A stretch of DNA of 64,000 nt from Phoronis australis (lineage: Eukaryota > Animalia > Phoronida): assembly GCA_002633005.1 (NCBI GenBank), contig NMRA01000127.1, positions 628,438-692,437 on the forward strand. Reading direction: 5' to 3'. Each line of letters starts with the position of its first letter. Positions within the stretch are counted from its first letter, which is position 1. The position numbers and the translations under genes were made by a program. Positions 41,201 through 52,241 of the stretch are shown here, in pieces. The notes below the pieces were generated by a model. It searched no databases, was not told where the DNA came from, and saw only the letters and a list, made by a program, of their open reading frames with translations.

Positions 41201-44200
41201 ATTGTCATTACCATCATAATCATTATCATTATTGTTATTCTGCCGTTATAACTATTTAGAGCTTAGATGTTTTCACTTTTGACAATGGCTACCCAGTGAG
41301 TGTTGGAATTCTGTTGTAAACTGTCACAAGCTTCTTGAAGTAAATTAGTTCAAGCAGGAAGACGGTGACAGGAAGGGTTGAGTGGATAAACAAGTATTTT
41401 TTATGTTTTTCCAAGGAAGTAATTATATAGAAATCAAGTACTATTTAGCTGAGAAGAACATAATTAGTGCTTTCAGAAAAAGTACACATTTCTCCACAGA
41501 ATGTTTCTTTGTTTTATGACGTTCACTAACTTATCGAACATATTTTCATTCGCGTGTTGAAAAATTACCCAGAGTATCTGAAATCCTCGCCGGCTTGTTT
41601 GGCTCAACGTCTATAATATCTAGTATGCCTGAAACCTGTTCAAGATTTGCTGCTTGTTGGTAAAACATCACATTTTGTCACATCTGTGCAATATAGTCAA
41701 TAAATCTAGAATGGGCGTGATGAAGAAATGACCAATTAGAGATCACGATTCACGAAGCTTATAGGTGGGATTTTACCTGGTAATAGCTGTTCTTCATAGA
41801 GGTAATACATGTCATACTCAAAGTGCCCCAGCACCACTCGATTTAGGATATTCGGGTACCAAATGGTGTTACCTTGTAGATTAAAACTTCATTGATGTAT
41901 TGTAGTGTTTGAACAATGGGTTCTTAATAAAGTTCAGAGCATGTTGAAATATGTGAAAAGGTAGTTGCTCCTTCCTGGTAGTGTCTTCCTAGTTCAATTA
42001 TCAAGTGAGCTCTGTTATCTCCACCTCAATGTTCATTGCTGTTGTGTAGACTGTTGCATGTATCCATGAATGTTTCTGAGTGTCTGTTTGTATAGGTGTT
42101 CAACAGCAGACCCTTGTGGTATTTCCCCTTCATGTATCAGGATAGTATCAGGTCTGCTAGTCAGTGTACCAGGCATCTGAAGTTATTGTATCACTGATAC
42201 TCTGTTGCCCTTCTGTTGACTGTCATTTTCTGAACTCTTCCCAGAATCGACTTCTCTTGGTTAGAAGCGTGTACATTGCATGCTGCCATCTGCCATTAGC
42301 CATGTTGATTTTTGTAACCGTTACCAAACTGATACTGATTTTAATTTCCAGTGACAGTTGGCTTTTTAAATTGAATTAAAAGGTGGGAGGGGAGGGGGGA
42401 TAGATCAACTGGAGGCTTTCAGTGTTCTCTACATAAAGATGATAATAAGAATTTTGACATGACCCGAGGCAATGTTCTTGCAGTCACAGTTGAGGCCTGT
42501 GAAAATTCACGTGTAAGATGTGTTACTTTAAGACCCTCATTCTGAAATCTGGGGCATGATAACAATAAATATGCATTATTTGTTCACACGTCTGAACTTC
42601 TGTTGGACAAGTTTTCAGTCTTGTCACTATGGTAACCTTTTTGTTTGTTAAGGTTTATGTAAGACCCTAGAAAAATGGCCACATTTTGGCTAACTTTGGA
42701 ACATGGTATTTCAGAAATGACTAATTGCATTTGAGTGAAACTTTCTGATACTATGTTTAAGCACTGTTTCCAAAAATGCAGTTAGGATTTCTTCCTAAAA
42801 CGTCCTACTTTTGCGTGACGGTCTATCGAATATAGGACTTTTATGATTGTCTTAAATTGAAAAAATAAAGAATTGCATAAAAGGAAATGATGATTTAGGA
42901 AACTGTAAAGTGTCTTTGAGATTTCATTTTGATCAGTTATAATGCATGGTTTTGTCTTTTCAATTGTGAAGTGGTCCCCTACTTTAACTGTGGCACCACT
43001 GTGGTGCGCCTTTCTTTTCTTACCTCACAGCCACGAAGAGTTATGCTGGGGACAAAACCTCGGTCTTGTTTTAGAGGTTAGGCACTGCTTTAACATCGAA
43101 GTCTACCTTACACGAAACCAGAATTGCTTAATCGCGAATTGTAAAAATTCTGTTATGCTAACACATATCCATGTGTCTTAGCGAGGCCTACGTAGTTGTT
43201 TGTTTGTATTTCCTGTAGATTTCATGTGCTTCCGCTTCTTGTCTGTCTGTGCGCTAACTGGCGGCCATCTTTACAACAGGTCTAAGCAGAAATCTCCTAT
43301 TCCCGGGGACAGGTTCAACGAGGGGCTGGCTGACATTCGAGGCCCCGTCTCCCCCAGAATGACGGCCACTAAGAGGGCGCCGGGGGTCGAGATTAAGGGC
43401 AAGGCACGCGCCATATACAACTTCAAGGCGGAGAATCCCAAGTAAGTGACATACCTCTGGTTTTTACTTGTTTTTGTCATGTCTGCCTCACCTGCATAGT
43501 GTCTGTCAGTCCATTACAAGTTTTGAGTGTGGACTTCTTAAAGTTTGAAAAATAGAAATTTTTTAATTTTCAGCTGTGTTTTACATGCATTTTCATCACC
43601 TGTTTTCTTTTTATTCTGCAATACCGTATTCGCCGTAATAACCGCCCAGGGCGCTTAGAAAAGTTCGGTTCAGGGGGGCGCTTATTATAACCCAAGGCGG
43701 TTGAAACCCGGTCTCCGAAACGGGTGAAATCAGAAGCTAAGATTCATCAAATTTACGCTCTGTGACGCATGTAATCTATGAAAGACTTTCAACAAAACTG
43801 TGGTGCATTGCTATCAAACTTTGCTGCTAAATTACGATCATTTTACAGAAAATTGTGCTGAAATCCCAGGGCGAAAACTCGCCAACTGACTGCTTCGAAA
43901 TCGCCGTCTTCGATATGGCGACTTCAATGCTTGAATAAAAATGGTTTCGATAAAGTACCTGAAATCCTCATTAAATTTTATAAGTAGCATCTCTAAGGTT
44001 TTTAAGTTCCCGTGGAGTCTGGATTAACGGCAGGTTTAAGTATAAATCTGTGCAACATCGTGCCATCTACATGTATGATCGGCAACACGGCGAGAAAAAT
44101 GTCTGGACGAACACACATGTTGTTGTCACGTGACGTTTGTTTTGAAGTTCGTCTGCGAGTAAGCGAGCGCGTGCGTGTTACCAGAGTTCATTTGCCAAAG

Positions 44201-47200
44201 CAGAGACGGTCTTTCGGCCAGAGTCACGCAATCTAACTAGCTAGATGTGTCTAAAGAAATTTGCACAAGCAGTAAGGCCTAAACCAGAGCGTGTTTCATT
44301 CAGAACTTGCCGGTTTCGTGCTAAAAACTTCCGACATTTGTCTCGGCAAGGCCCACATTAGTCGCCGTGTAGCTGGATGCGTACGTAACTATCTGACAGT
44401 TATTTTTCGGTGTAAGGGTGTGTAAGCATTCAGTGTCAGTTGTCATTTTATCGGATATTCGGCTTAATAACACCAATTACGGTTAATCAAACAAACCATC
44501 TCAAAAATAACGCAAACATGTTGATAGTATTAGAAATTGTCGGAAATTAGTTCCAATATTCATTTCTTATCGATGCTATGCTACCCGCTTCATGAATGGA
44601 TAGTTCCCAACTAATGTCTTTGATGACCGGTTATGTAGCGCGCGCTTCCTGGCCACGTGCGTTTAACACCGAGTTATTTTTATTCATGAGAAGGTCGATG
44701 TGTCTACCGAAAGGTCAGACCATGGGACACGGTCGTCGCGAGAGCGTAGCAACGCTGTTGCGTTCTTTTTGAAGCGCTGCGTTACTTTGTCACGGCTAAA
44801 TACAATCGTAGCAGTGCCGCTGGTGGTCTAGAAGACCCGTGCAAAAAATTTTTGATAAATTTAAGACGTTACTGTAGCCGAGTTTTAGAACTGTAGGTAC
44901 GTCATTGTTCGCATGTACACGTTCATGGACTGGGCGCTTATTTCAGCTAAGTCTGAAAACGCGTGGGGGGCACTTATAGTGGCATGGGCGGTTATTACGG
45001 CGAATACGGTATTTTAGATTAGTATCGAAGTTTACATCTTTTGCACAGTACACTCTTTTGTTTCACCCTTTGGTCTGTATGTTAAAGAGGCATGAAACAC
45101 AAAAGCTTGTCAAAAATATCTTTTAAACAATTCCTGATGTACGTACCATCTCACGATGTCTATACAGAGTAATTCACTTTCTCTTGTGCGGAAATTTCCA
45201 GAAAAAATTACGAAACTCACAATTTTTGAAATACACGCAAAGGAAAAACTCTGTGGTTACTACAGAGTTTTTAATCTCCCTCCCACTTATGATAAATGCG
45301 CTCACAGTGAGTTGTTTGAAGTTGCTTGAGGTCAAAGGTCACATTTTCCGTATAAGGGAAATGTGCTACGACTGTGTCTTGCCATACCAAATAAGGAGTC
45401 GTGCTTTGTCTTGTGGGAGAGAAATCGTAGTGGTGAGCAGTTGATAGATCGTTTTTATGCGCCTACATGTGTGGACGCATTATGCCGTCATCTCCGCCCG
45501 GCATCCGTCCGTCCGGCATCCGCTGCTCTATCTCCAAAACAGATTGACGTATGTTCATGAAATTTTGCACATGTTTTCCTTTCATGGATGGGACTGCATG
45601 AGCGAACTTTCGGACGGATTCGACTACCGGTGCCCCCTAGTAGCAATTTTATTTTTTTACGTTTTCTTCTGTATCTTCAAAGGTCCTCAACATATTTTCC
45701 CAAAATTTGGTAGACAGGCATTGATTAGTGAGACGACGTTATCCTCCCGTTTTCGGATAGATTCGACGTAGTTTGCGCCACCTTGTGGCCATTTTTACTG
45801 TTTTGGTGTCTGTTTTTTGGCGTCCACCCCTCTATTAACCAAACCGCTTGAACCATGATTGTGAAAATTGGCATGTATGTTCTTACTATGAAGAGAACGG
45901 TTGACGATTTTCCGACGACTTCGACTGCTGTGGTGCCTCCTAGTGGCAGTTTTGTTTTTTGCGTGTATTGCTATATCTCCCAAACTGTTTGCAGGATCTT
46001 TACTATATTTAGTAAGTGCATTTATGTGATGATGACAACGGACAACAACAACTTTCGGACAGATCTGACTACTGGTGTGCCACCTAGTGGCAATTTTATT
46101 TTTTTACGTTTACCTCTGTATCTTCAAAGGTCCTCGATGTATTTTCATAAAATTTGTTGTATAGGCTTCTGTTAGTGAGATGACGTTATCTTTCGGTTTT
46201 TAGATGGATTCGACCTAGTTTGCGCCACCTGGTGGCCATTTTTACTGTTTTTGAATCTGTTTTTTGGCGTCCACCCCTCTATCAACCAAACCGCTTTCAG
46301 GATAATTGTGAAAATTGGCATGTATGTTTTTGCTATGAAGTGGACGGGTGACGATGATTTTCTGATGACTTCGACTACTGTGGCACCTCCTAGTGGCAGT
46401 TTTGTTTTTTGCGCCCATGGCTGTATCTCCTAAACCATTTGTACGATCTTTACTAAATTTAAGAAGTGTGTTTATATGATGTTGACAATGGAGGATTACG
46501 ATTTTCAGATGGATCTGACTACTGTTATGCCCCCTGGTGGCAATTTTAGTTTTACGTTTACCTCTGTATCTTCAAAGGTCCTCAACGGATTTTCATATTT
46601 TGCATACAGGCATCTGTATCTCCTAAACCCTCTGCAGGATCTTTATTAAAATTAATTGATAAGTGTTTTTATATGAAGCTAACAACAGACAATGACGACT
46701 TTCAGGTGGATCCAATGAACAGTGTGCACAATAGTGTTAATTTCATTTTATTCTGTTTTCATTTGTTTCTCTGAAGTTCCATAATGGATTTCTATGAAAT
46801 TTTGTGTATAGCTTTCTATTTAAGAAGCAATGACATGTTCCCCTTTTCGGATGGATTGTATGTTTTTTGCGCATTCTAGTAGCCCTTTTTATGACACAAA
46901 TAAACAACCCTAAAACCGCACCATTTGCGATGCATTCCGTCGTGGGCGCATTTCAACGCTCCGCGTTGCTCTTGTTTTTTTGTAAATTTGAAATTAAAAG
47001 AAAATGCTTTGATATGAACAGAAATTAAAAATCTTTGTGCACAAACCCTAAAAATGATTTGTGAGCAAGATGAATTCTGTTTCAGTGACAGAGAACCACT
47101 TTCAATATTGCAATTTAGTCTGTTTATCATGTTCCAGGCCTCTTTAAATTAAGTTGTTTGTTTTACAATCTCTTTATATTGCTATGTTCACACATATGGC

Positions 47201-50200
47201 ATTCTCATTTGCTAAATATTAGAAATACGATTGTTGTCCAATTATTACTGGAGTTGTCACTGATTGATAATTGGACAAACTTTATTGCACAAATGTTGTT
47301 ACAACAGTGTCACCGTATTTTGTGGCTGTGAATTCCCCTATGAGAATTTTATATTACGCATAACTGCAGATTTTGAAATTTGATTTAGTCGGAATGGTTA
47401 TTAATATCACAGATGAAGAAGCTTTTGAGAAATGAAGTGTGGACTTCCTGAACCAATCACAGTTTATGTCTGAAGTCGTGATATAAAAGTATTTTGTAAC
47501 AAGGAAAATGGCACAAATGGTTTTCCTTGAAATTGTAAATTTTCACTGTAACTTAGTGTCACTGACCACTTCAACAGATGGAGTTCGTAAGTCATGACTC
47601 AAGTATTGCTAATGTGCTTGTGAACATGAAGGAATGCTCTAAAGTGGAACTTGTAAGCTAATTCCATTTCTCTGTGATTGGTTGGTCAAATTAGTTAGCA
47701 ACACAACATATTGCGATGATGTGAATCTTTATTAGATTGAAAATTGCCACATGTTTTTAAGAACAAGTTTTGTGTCGAAAATAATCCACGGTAAATAATT
47801 CAGTGGTGTCCAGTAAATATCATGACGTGGTGTTGGGGAATAACAGTGTATGATGCAGGCTATATGAGCCCCCAAGGTATGTCGTTAGTGCATTAGGTCA
47901 CCTATTTGCAGATTTTTTTGTTTTCACATTAAAAGTTATCAATGAATAGCACTGCACTTTGTTTAGCGTAGATTATGTTCAAATAGCATTACCGTTTAGT
48001 TCCTGCTATACATTAGCATAGTTAGGAGCATGTAAATACATCTTTAACATATCATACAATGTGTTCCATTAAACCAATGGACTGTATTGTAATGTTCTAA
48101 TGTTATCTCGTATTGTCTAGGGAGTTGAGCTTTAAGAAAGGCGACACAATTCTGCTGACACGACAGATTGACATGAACTGGTACGAGGGTGAACACCATG
48201 GTTGTGTGGGCATCTTCCCAGTCAACTATGTGGAGGTAGGCCTGTCACCATAGAAACGCTGTCAATCATAAGTGGGCTCCTTTCATTTGGGCAACTGTCA
48301 CTGTGGTAACTCCGTTGATCATTGGGGGACCTACTGTTGTATGTGTGATCTGTACAGAGATGCAACGTACAGTGCTAACACTGTCAATCTTTTGTAGGCC
48401 TCACCTACCATCTGTATGTCAATTATTTCGAGGTAGTAATGTCACCATGGCAACAGTGTAAATCAATGGGGTCTGTATACGATTTCTCGTTTGTCAAGGA
48501 TGTTGACATGCTGTGGTAACACCGTCATTTAGTGTTTGGCCTTTGTATGTTCTCAGGGTGTATCAGAAGAGGGATTCTTCTTATGACAGTACATTATGCT
48601 ATTAGTAAATTGATGATACGACATTCTGCCATTGTATTAGTCGACCTTTCGGATTATTGTCACTGAACCATTCTCAAGACAAAATTAATGTTCTTCACAA
48701 TACTCCAATTGGGTTCTGTAGACCAGTCTGCATAGGTACACCATGAAAATGCAAATTGAGGAGAGAGACCAGAAACCACTTGTCTTGAGAATAGTTTAGT
48801 GATAATAAACCAAAACGTCGACTTAGACAATGTCTTTGCTTATTTATGCTCTGATTTTAAAGTTCATGCTCATGGTTTGACCTGAAATAAATGTGAACAT
48901 TCTGCCATTGACTACATATGTATCACAGGAAATGCTTATAACCTAAAAATCAACCGGTGTTTCCTGTTCTGGTTATTAAGGAAACACTTAAAATGATAAC
49001 CAATCATTGGGTTTGTTCTGTACTTGCTTTGATGTCCTCATCCAGGCCCCTCATTCCGTCAATTTTGGAACCAAACATTCTTCTCTGAAAATAATGAAAA
49101 ATCATGCGAAATTCCCCTCATGAGGCCCAAAAATTACCCTCAGGTTATTGAGAAATTCCCCTTAAGGATTAAATCACTTGTAGCTCACACAGGTGACAAT
49201 TTGAAAGAACACAAAAAGCTAGTTTTGACTACTTAAGGCAGACCCTACGAGGATTTGCAGCAGAGCGGGGGGGTTGCTATTGATGGTGGCTGGGGGTTGG
49301 ATTTCCCACTCGCCTCAAAAAATTCCTCTATCAGAAGGCACAGGCACTTTTGCTTCAGGGTGATCGAGGGCCCTGTCTTTCTTGTGTACATACTACTTGA
49401 ACAGGTTATACTCCGTCACACCGTGGGTTGGTTGCATGTGAAAATAGTGCTGCTCAGTCTCCAAATCGGTTTTAATTTGATCTCCTGTATCATGTATCCT
49501 TGTTGTGAATCGGTAGTTGTTTGTAGAATATCGGCTATTAGTAGGAATTGTCCTAATGAATGTTACGTGTAAACTGTTGATAGACTGAAAATCAATTGGA
49601 GTGGGATTGCTTGTTAAGGACATTTTGGAACCATCTTTGATTTCAAAATGGCGATAGTTAATGTGTTACATGAAAATGTTATCAGGTGCTGACTTCACTG
49701 GAGACTGCCACAGCCTTGGCGTTTGGAATTCTGGAAGGACGGGGTAGAGCCAAGTATAACTTCAATGCACAGACTGCAGTGGAACTGCCTCTTAAAAAGG
49801 TTAGTGTCAACAAGGTGCTTCTTTTATCTCTTCCGTATTATATAAAACGTGGCTATCATGAGTTTCATATACAGTGCCTGCTTGAATAAAACACACGTCA
49901 TTGCTTAATGTCAGTAAGGCTATGAACATCACTGATAGTTGATTTTCAAAACATAAAATTGAGCTGTTGTGAAAACCAGAATACTAAAGTATTTTTCAAA
50001 ACATCTATTGTGGTCCATAGTGAGTATACAAACTTTTAAAAGTCACCCGTGGCATTTTTTCAGTTGGGAAAAATGTTTTGAAAATTATTTTCCATTCTTT
50101 GTCCATTCTTCAGGGTGAGGAGGTGATCTTACTGCGCCGTGTGGACGATAACTGGTTTGAAGCCAAAGTTGGCACCAGGCAGGGTATTGTACCCGTCTCT

Positions 50201-52075
50201 TACATCGATGTGACTCAACAACCTGGTACTCCGCTGGCCACTCCCTCCATCTCCGTCTCGACTACTCCAGCTAGAGGTGAGTAGGGCAATGCGTTTCTGT
50301 GTCCATTTTCTAACCAAATCCATGTACCTCTGTTAATATAGAACCAATTATTAGGGTCTCATTAATAGTTGATTTTGTGTGGTTGTTTTAATTATTGTCA
50401 CTGAAAGGTGCTCCTTTGTTAGCATGTGATCACTTGTTCAGTAACTGTTTCACTACAGCCTTATTATTGGCTACTCTGTAATGAATTGAATTTCCAACAT
50501 AAATCTGCACGTTATGGCCGTGTAAGCTAGGGTGAGCTTCTTTTGACTTATTTTCTCTGACTTATTCTATTTTCATCTTATTTAGTATGACGTTTTTCGT
50601 TTTATTATTGGTGTCATCTTCACTATTATTATTACTATTAATTAATGCTGTTGCTATTGCCGTTCTTGCTATTGTTATTATTGTTGTTATTATATTTCAG
50701 GTTCTCCTGTAGGGCCATTGTCACCAGCTCAGTACAATGGACCAACCAGGACACAGTCTACTGACCTTTCACCCAACTACAGAGGTCAGCGACCCGGGAC
50801 TAGGCCCACCTCCCAGCAGTCGCCCAAATACACTGGTGACCGCCTGAGTCCTGTTCAGCAGAACCAGATGATGGATCACCGTGCCAGTCCCGCCCAGTTC
50901 GCCGTCGTCAATGACCGATTTGATGGTGCACGGCAACCGTACTCAGAGACGCAGCCAACAGTGATCAAGACGTCGTCCATGGTAACCCAAAGTGCTCCCA
51001 GGCAGCAATACCAACCACCGCCACCACCAACACAGCATCAACAGTACCAACCGCCACCTCCACAACACCACCAGGGGGCACCAGTGAACAGAATGGGGGA
51101 ACCTCAAGGCAGGCGGGACATGAGGGAGCAGGAGTTACCTGTGTCAGTACCTTGAGCAAGGGACATGTTGCCATTTTCAGATGGATTCGACGCATTTTGC
51201 GCTATCTAGTGTCCATTTTTAGGAAACGGAAAAATACCCGTAGAAACGCATCATTTGCGGTGCATTAGCAAGCGCATTTCAATGCTCCGTGTCTTCCTTA
51301 TGTTACTAGCATTACAAGTTCATACCTCCTTCATGCTTGGCAACAACCACTTATAGAAGAAATTTGCTATTCATGTACTTTTTCCATGATAACTAACTTT
51401 TGGAAAATGAAGGCAGTTGCCTTCTTGAAAATGAAAATACAATTTGCTTTGGAACCTTGCATAAGTGCTGTGATGTTCTCAGTCTGACACTGGTCAGTTG
51501 CTTGCTGTCCTGTGATTGGCTGCTATCCTTTTCCATCTGCACAACTTACCATATGTAGTGAATGATCAGATTCAATGCTTCTTGGTACTTTCTAGGCTTA
51601 ACCTCAAGTATCGGATGAGGATAAAGAGGTCTGAATTTAATTAGGGTTTCTACCACAGAATTCCATTTTCGTTTGTGCCCCTTGCCATTAAAATTCCTGG
51701 TGTATTGCAATCTTTGACCATTGCCTGGGTAAGAATCTCGAACTGGAAAAAATCTGTATATTTTGGAAAAAGTTGAATTCATTTTACAAGAATGGCATTT
51801 GGCAACTAGTAAAGACTCAATCAGGTTTGTTCTAAGCTTATTTTATGAAGTTTGCTATGAAAATGAGACGGAGAGTGTTTTCATGGTGTTTAAAAAATTT
51901 TTCCAGCTATCGGGCCATCTACACATATATGCCACAAAATGAGGATGAACTAGAGATGAGAGAGGGTGACACTGTCTACGTGATGGAAAAATGCGACGAT
52001 GGTTGGTTTGTTGGTACATCGGCGAGGACGCGACAGTTCGGCACTTTCCCAGGAAACTACGTCGTCCAGTCCTAA
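2174..52075 (+). CDS. SORBS: Multi-exon SORBS-family (sorbin homology + 3xSH3; CAP/ArgBP2/vinexin-like) adaptor gene, 5' end outside window
   Basis: Hand-spliced exons with canonical AG/GT and compatible phases encode SoHo core [52 protein letters not shown] and three SH3 domains, in the order known for SORBS1/2 and insect CAP. Symbol is family-level only. Confidence 0.95.
4184..4618. mobile_element. Palindromic MITE, possibly PIF/Harbinger-like
   Basis: Imperfect long terminal inverted repeats: gggctcaggatctgttctttgtactcgatatcaaactcaaaat vs revcomp ggccccgggatctaacctttgtactcgaaatcaaactcaaaat. Flanked by tca/tga. Confidence 0.8.
4915..4977 (+). CDS. SORBS: SORBS short exon [21 protein letters not shown]
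   Basis: tttttcag acceptor, gtaagt donor, 63 nt, phase 1-1. Matches the [10 protein letters not shown] segment that follows SoHo in SORBS1. Confidence 0.92.
5571..5624 (+). CDS. SORBS: SORBS cassette microexon [17 protein letters not shown]
   Basis: ttttgcag acceptor, cag|gtaacc donor, 54 nt, phase 1-1. Second NPYxPxY repeat, with TGCATG upstream. Confidence 0.75.
5707..5734 (+). CDS. SORBS: Candidate SORBS microexon ([10 protein letters not shown]), phase 1 to 2
   Basis: tttctctgcag acceptor, cg|gtaatt donor. Supplies the phase change needed to join exon 9106. Confidence 0.45.
6172..6574. mobile_element. Palindromic MITE related to 4184-4618
   Basis: Left tctggctcaatgtctaatttccaaactc vs right revcomp tctggtcccaggtttaatctccaaactc. 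Internal similarity to the 4.2-kb copy (tgtgctcg, tgtcaa-tg-aact-attaga-acttct). Confidence 0.7.
7049..7114. repeat. Two-copy ~33-bp tandem repeat
   Basis: gtgtgacgtctgctcacaataggtggaggta followed by gtgtggcgtctgctcacattaggtggtggta. Confidence 0.8.
9106..9217 (+). CDS. SORBS: SORBS exon [37 protein letters not shown]
   Basis: tttcag acceptor, aag|gtaggt donor, 112 nt, phase 2 to 0. Matches the SORBS/CAP motif PRSIxEYEPGxSSI. Confidence 0.93.
10953..10985 (+). CDS. SORBS: Candidate acidic microexon [11 protein letters not shown]
   Basis: CTAAT branch-like motifs and a pyrimidine tract upstream, gtag acceptor, gag|gtaaat donor. 33 nt, phase 0-0, fits between 9217 and 16934. Confidence 0.55.
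16934..16983 (+). CDS. SORBS: SORBS exon [16 protein letters not shown](Y)
   Basis: cattttcag acceptor, gtaagt donor, 50 nt, phase 0 to 2. Bridges 9217 and 26435 in frame. Confidence 0.85.
17018..17071. repeat. (GT/GC)n microsatellite
   Basis: gtgtggtgtgtgcgtgtgcgtgtgtgtgcgcgtgtgcatgtgcgtgcgtgcgtg. Confidence 0.9.
19633..19692 (+). CDS. SORBS: Candidate cassette exon [19 protein letters not shown]
   Basis: tttagtcag acceptor, gtaagt donor, 60 nt, phase 2-2, open in the required frame. Confidence 0.55.
26435..26607 (+). CDS. SORBS: SORBS exon with [21 protein letters not shown] motif
   Basis: tttcag acceptor, gtaagg donor, 173 nt, phase 2 to 1. Resembles the GGEIPxxGxRKPAPE motif I recall from invertebrate CAP proteins. 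Confidence 0.9.
27988..31974 (+). CDS. SORBS: Giant frame-symmetric SORBS exon (3,987 nt, 1,329 codons), Ser/Pro/Lys-rich and largely disordered
   Basis: Lies within the 1354-aa ORF 27915-31979. tttttacag acceptor at 27987 and aag|gttaac donor at 31975. Phase 1-1 matches both neighbours. Confidence 0.88.
32264..32419 (+). CDS. SORBS: SORBS cassette exon [20 protein letters not shown]...INAG
   Basis: ttttgtatcag acceptor, gag|gtattc donor, 156 nt, phase 1-1, GC-richer than its flanks. Confidence 0.8.
34094..34203 (+). CDS. SORBS: SORBS exon [37 protein letters not shown]
   Basis: tttcccacag acceptor, gtgagt donor, 110 nt, phase 1 to 0. Confidence 0.9.
34368..34597 (+). mobile_element. tRNA-derived SINE
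   Basis: A-box-like ggcctagtgg and B box ggttcgagtccc, followed by a non-tRNA body shared with the copy at 36212-36434. Confidence 0.8.
35227..35312 (+). CDS. SORBS: SORBS exon [28 protein letters not shown](T), coiled-coil-like
   Basis: tttttcag acceptor, gtaagt donor, 86 nt, phase 0 to 2. RRH-D motif precedes QKSPIP as in CAP/SORBS. Confidence 0.92.
36212..36434 (-). mobile_element. tRNA-derived SINE, inverted copy
   Basis: Reverse complement matches 34368-34597, e.g. gggactc-gaacccacgaccttga, tttattaat-agttaaaac-gagc, ggtctggtacacattg. Confidence 0.8.
43280..43441 (+). CDS. SORBS: SORBS exon [14 protein letters not shown]...[13 protein letters not shown] (start of SH3-1)
   Basis: caacag acceptor, gtaagt donor, 162 nt, phase 2-2. 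ORF 43200-43445. Confidence 0.95.
43624..45009. mobile_element. Non-autonomous DNA transposon (Tc1/mariner-pogo type), perfect 24-bp TIRs, TA target-site duplication
   Basis: ta|ccgtattcgccgtaataaccgccc ... gggcggttattacggcgaatacgg|ta. No transposase ORF. Confidence 0.9.
45086..47143. mobile_element. TTAA-flanked non-autonomous element (Kolobok-like AG...CT ends) hosting a nested insertion
   Basis: ttaa|agaggcatgaaaca ... tgttccaggcctct|ttaa, imperfect TIRs. Confidence 0.65.
45452..46976 (+). mobile_element. Helentron-associated (HINE/DINE-1-like) element with internal ~447-bp higher-order tandem repeat
   Basis: T-run ends, sub-TIR atgcgcctac / gtgggcgcat, adjacent inverted repeat gtggacgcat, ccgtccgtccg microsatellite, 3' hairpin caacgc-tcc-gcgttg. 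Confidence 0.8.
48121..48235 (+). CDS. SORBS: SORBS exon, rest of SH3-1 ([38 protein letters not shown])
   Basis: tctag acceptor, gag|gtaggc donor, 115 nt, phase 2 to 0. Canonical SH3 motifs. Confidence 0.97.
49686..49799 (+). CDS. SORBS: SORBS exon, start of SH3-2 ([21 protein letters not shown])
   Basis: atcag acceptor, aag|gttagt donor, 114 nt, phase 0-0. Confidence 0.96.
50114..50276 (+). CDS. SORBS: SORBS exon, rest of SH3-2 ([33 protein letters not shown]...)
   Basis: cttcag acceptor, gtgagt donor, 163 nt, phase 0 to 1. Confidence 0.97.
50701..51142 (+). CDS. SORBS: SORBS exon, Pro/Gln-rich linker between SH3-2 and SH3-3
   Basis: tttcag acceptor, gt|gtcagt donor, 442 nt, phase 1 to 2. 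ORF 50718-51155. Confidence 0.9.
51163..51300 (+). mobile_element. 3' fragment of the HINE-like element at 45452-46976
   Basis: catgtt-cc-tttc-gatggatt ... catttgcg-tgcatt ... gcgcatttcaa-gctccg matches 46834-46970. Confidence 0.7.
51907..52075 (+). CDS. SORBS: SORBS terminal coding exon, SH3-3 ([55 protein letters not shown])
   Basis: ttccag acceptor, phase 2. [25 protein letters not shown] is characteristic of the third SORBS SH3. Confidence 0.98.
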
Positions 52076-52110
52076 GGTTTATATTTTGGAAAGGTTTTAT
52101 AGACAAGATG

Positions 52111-52241
52111 CATAGCTATCTAACTCTTTGTGTGTGTGAATTGATACAGACACATAGCTATCAAACTCTTTGTGTGTGAATTGATACAGACGCATAGCTA
52201 TCTAACTCTTTATGTGTGTGAATTGATACAGACACACGCTA
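52111..52241. repeat. Minisatellite, ~3 copies of a 40-42-bp unit in the 3' UTR
   Basis: catagctatctaactctttgtgtgtgtgaattgatacagaca repeated, with a variable (GT)n. Confidence 0.9.

Noticed and set aside
45600-46700. Coding potential of ORFs in the tandem repeat
   Set aside because: Short, frame-inconsistent between repeat units, and inside a non-autonomous element.
52111-52241. CRISPR-like array
   Set aside because: Head-to-tail units with no unique spacers, in a eukaryotic 3' UTR.
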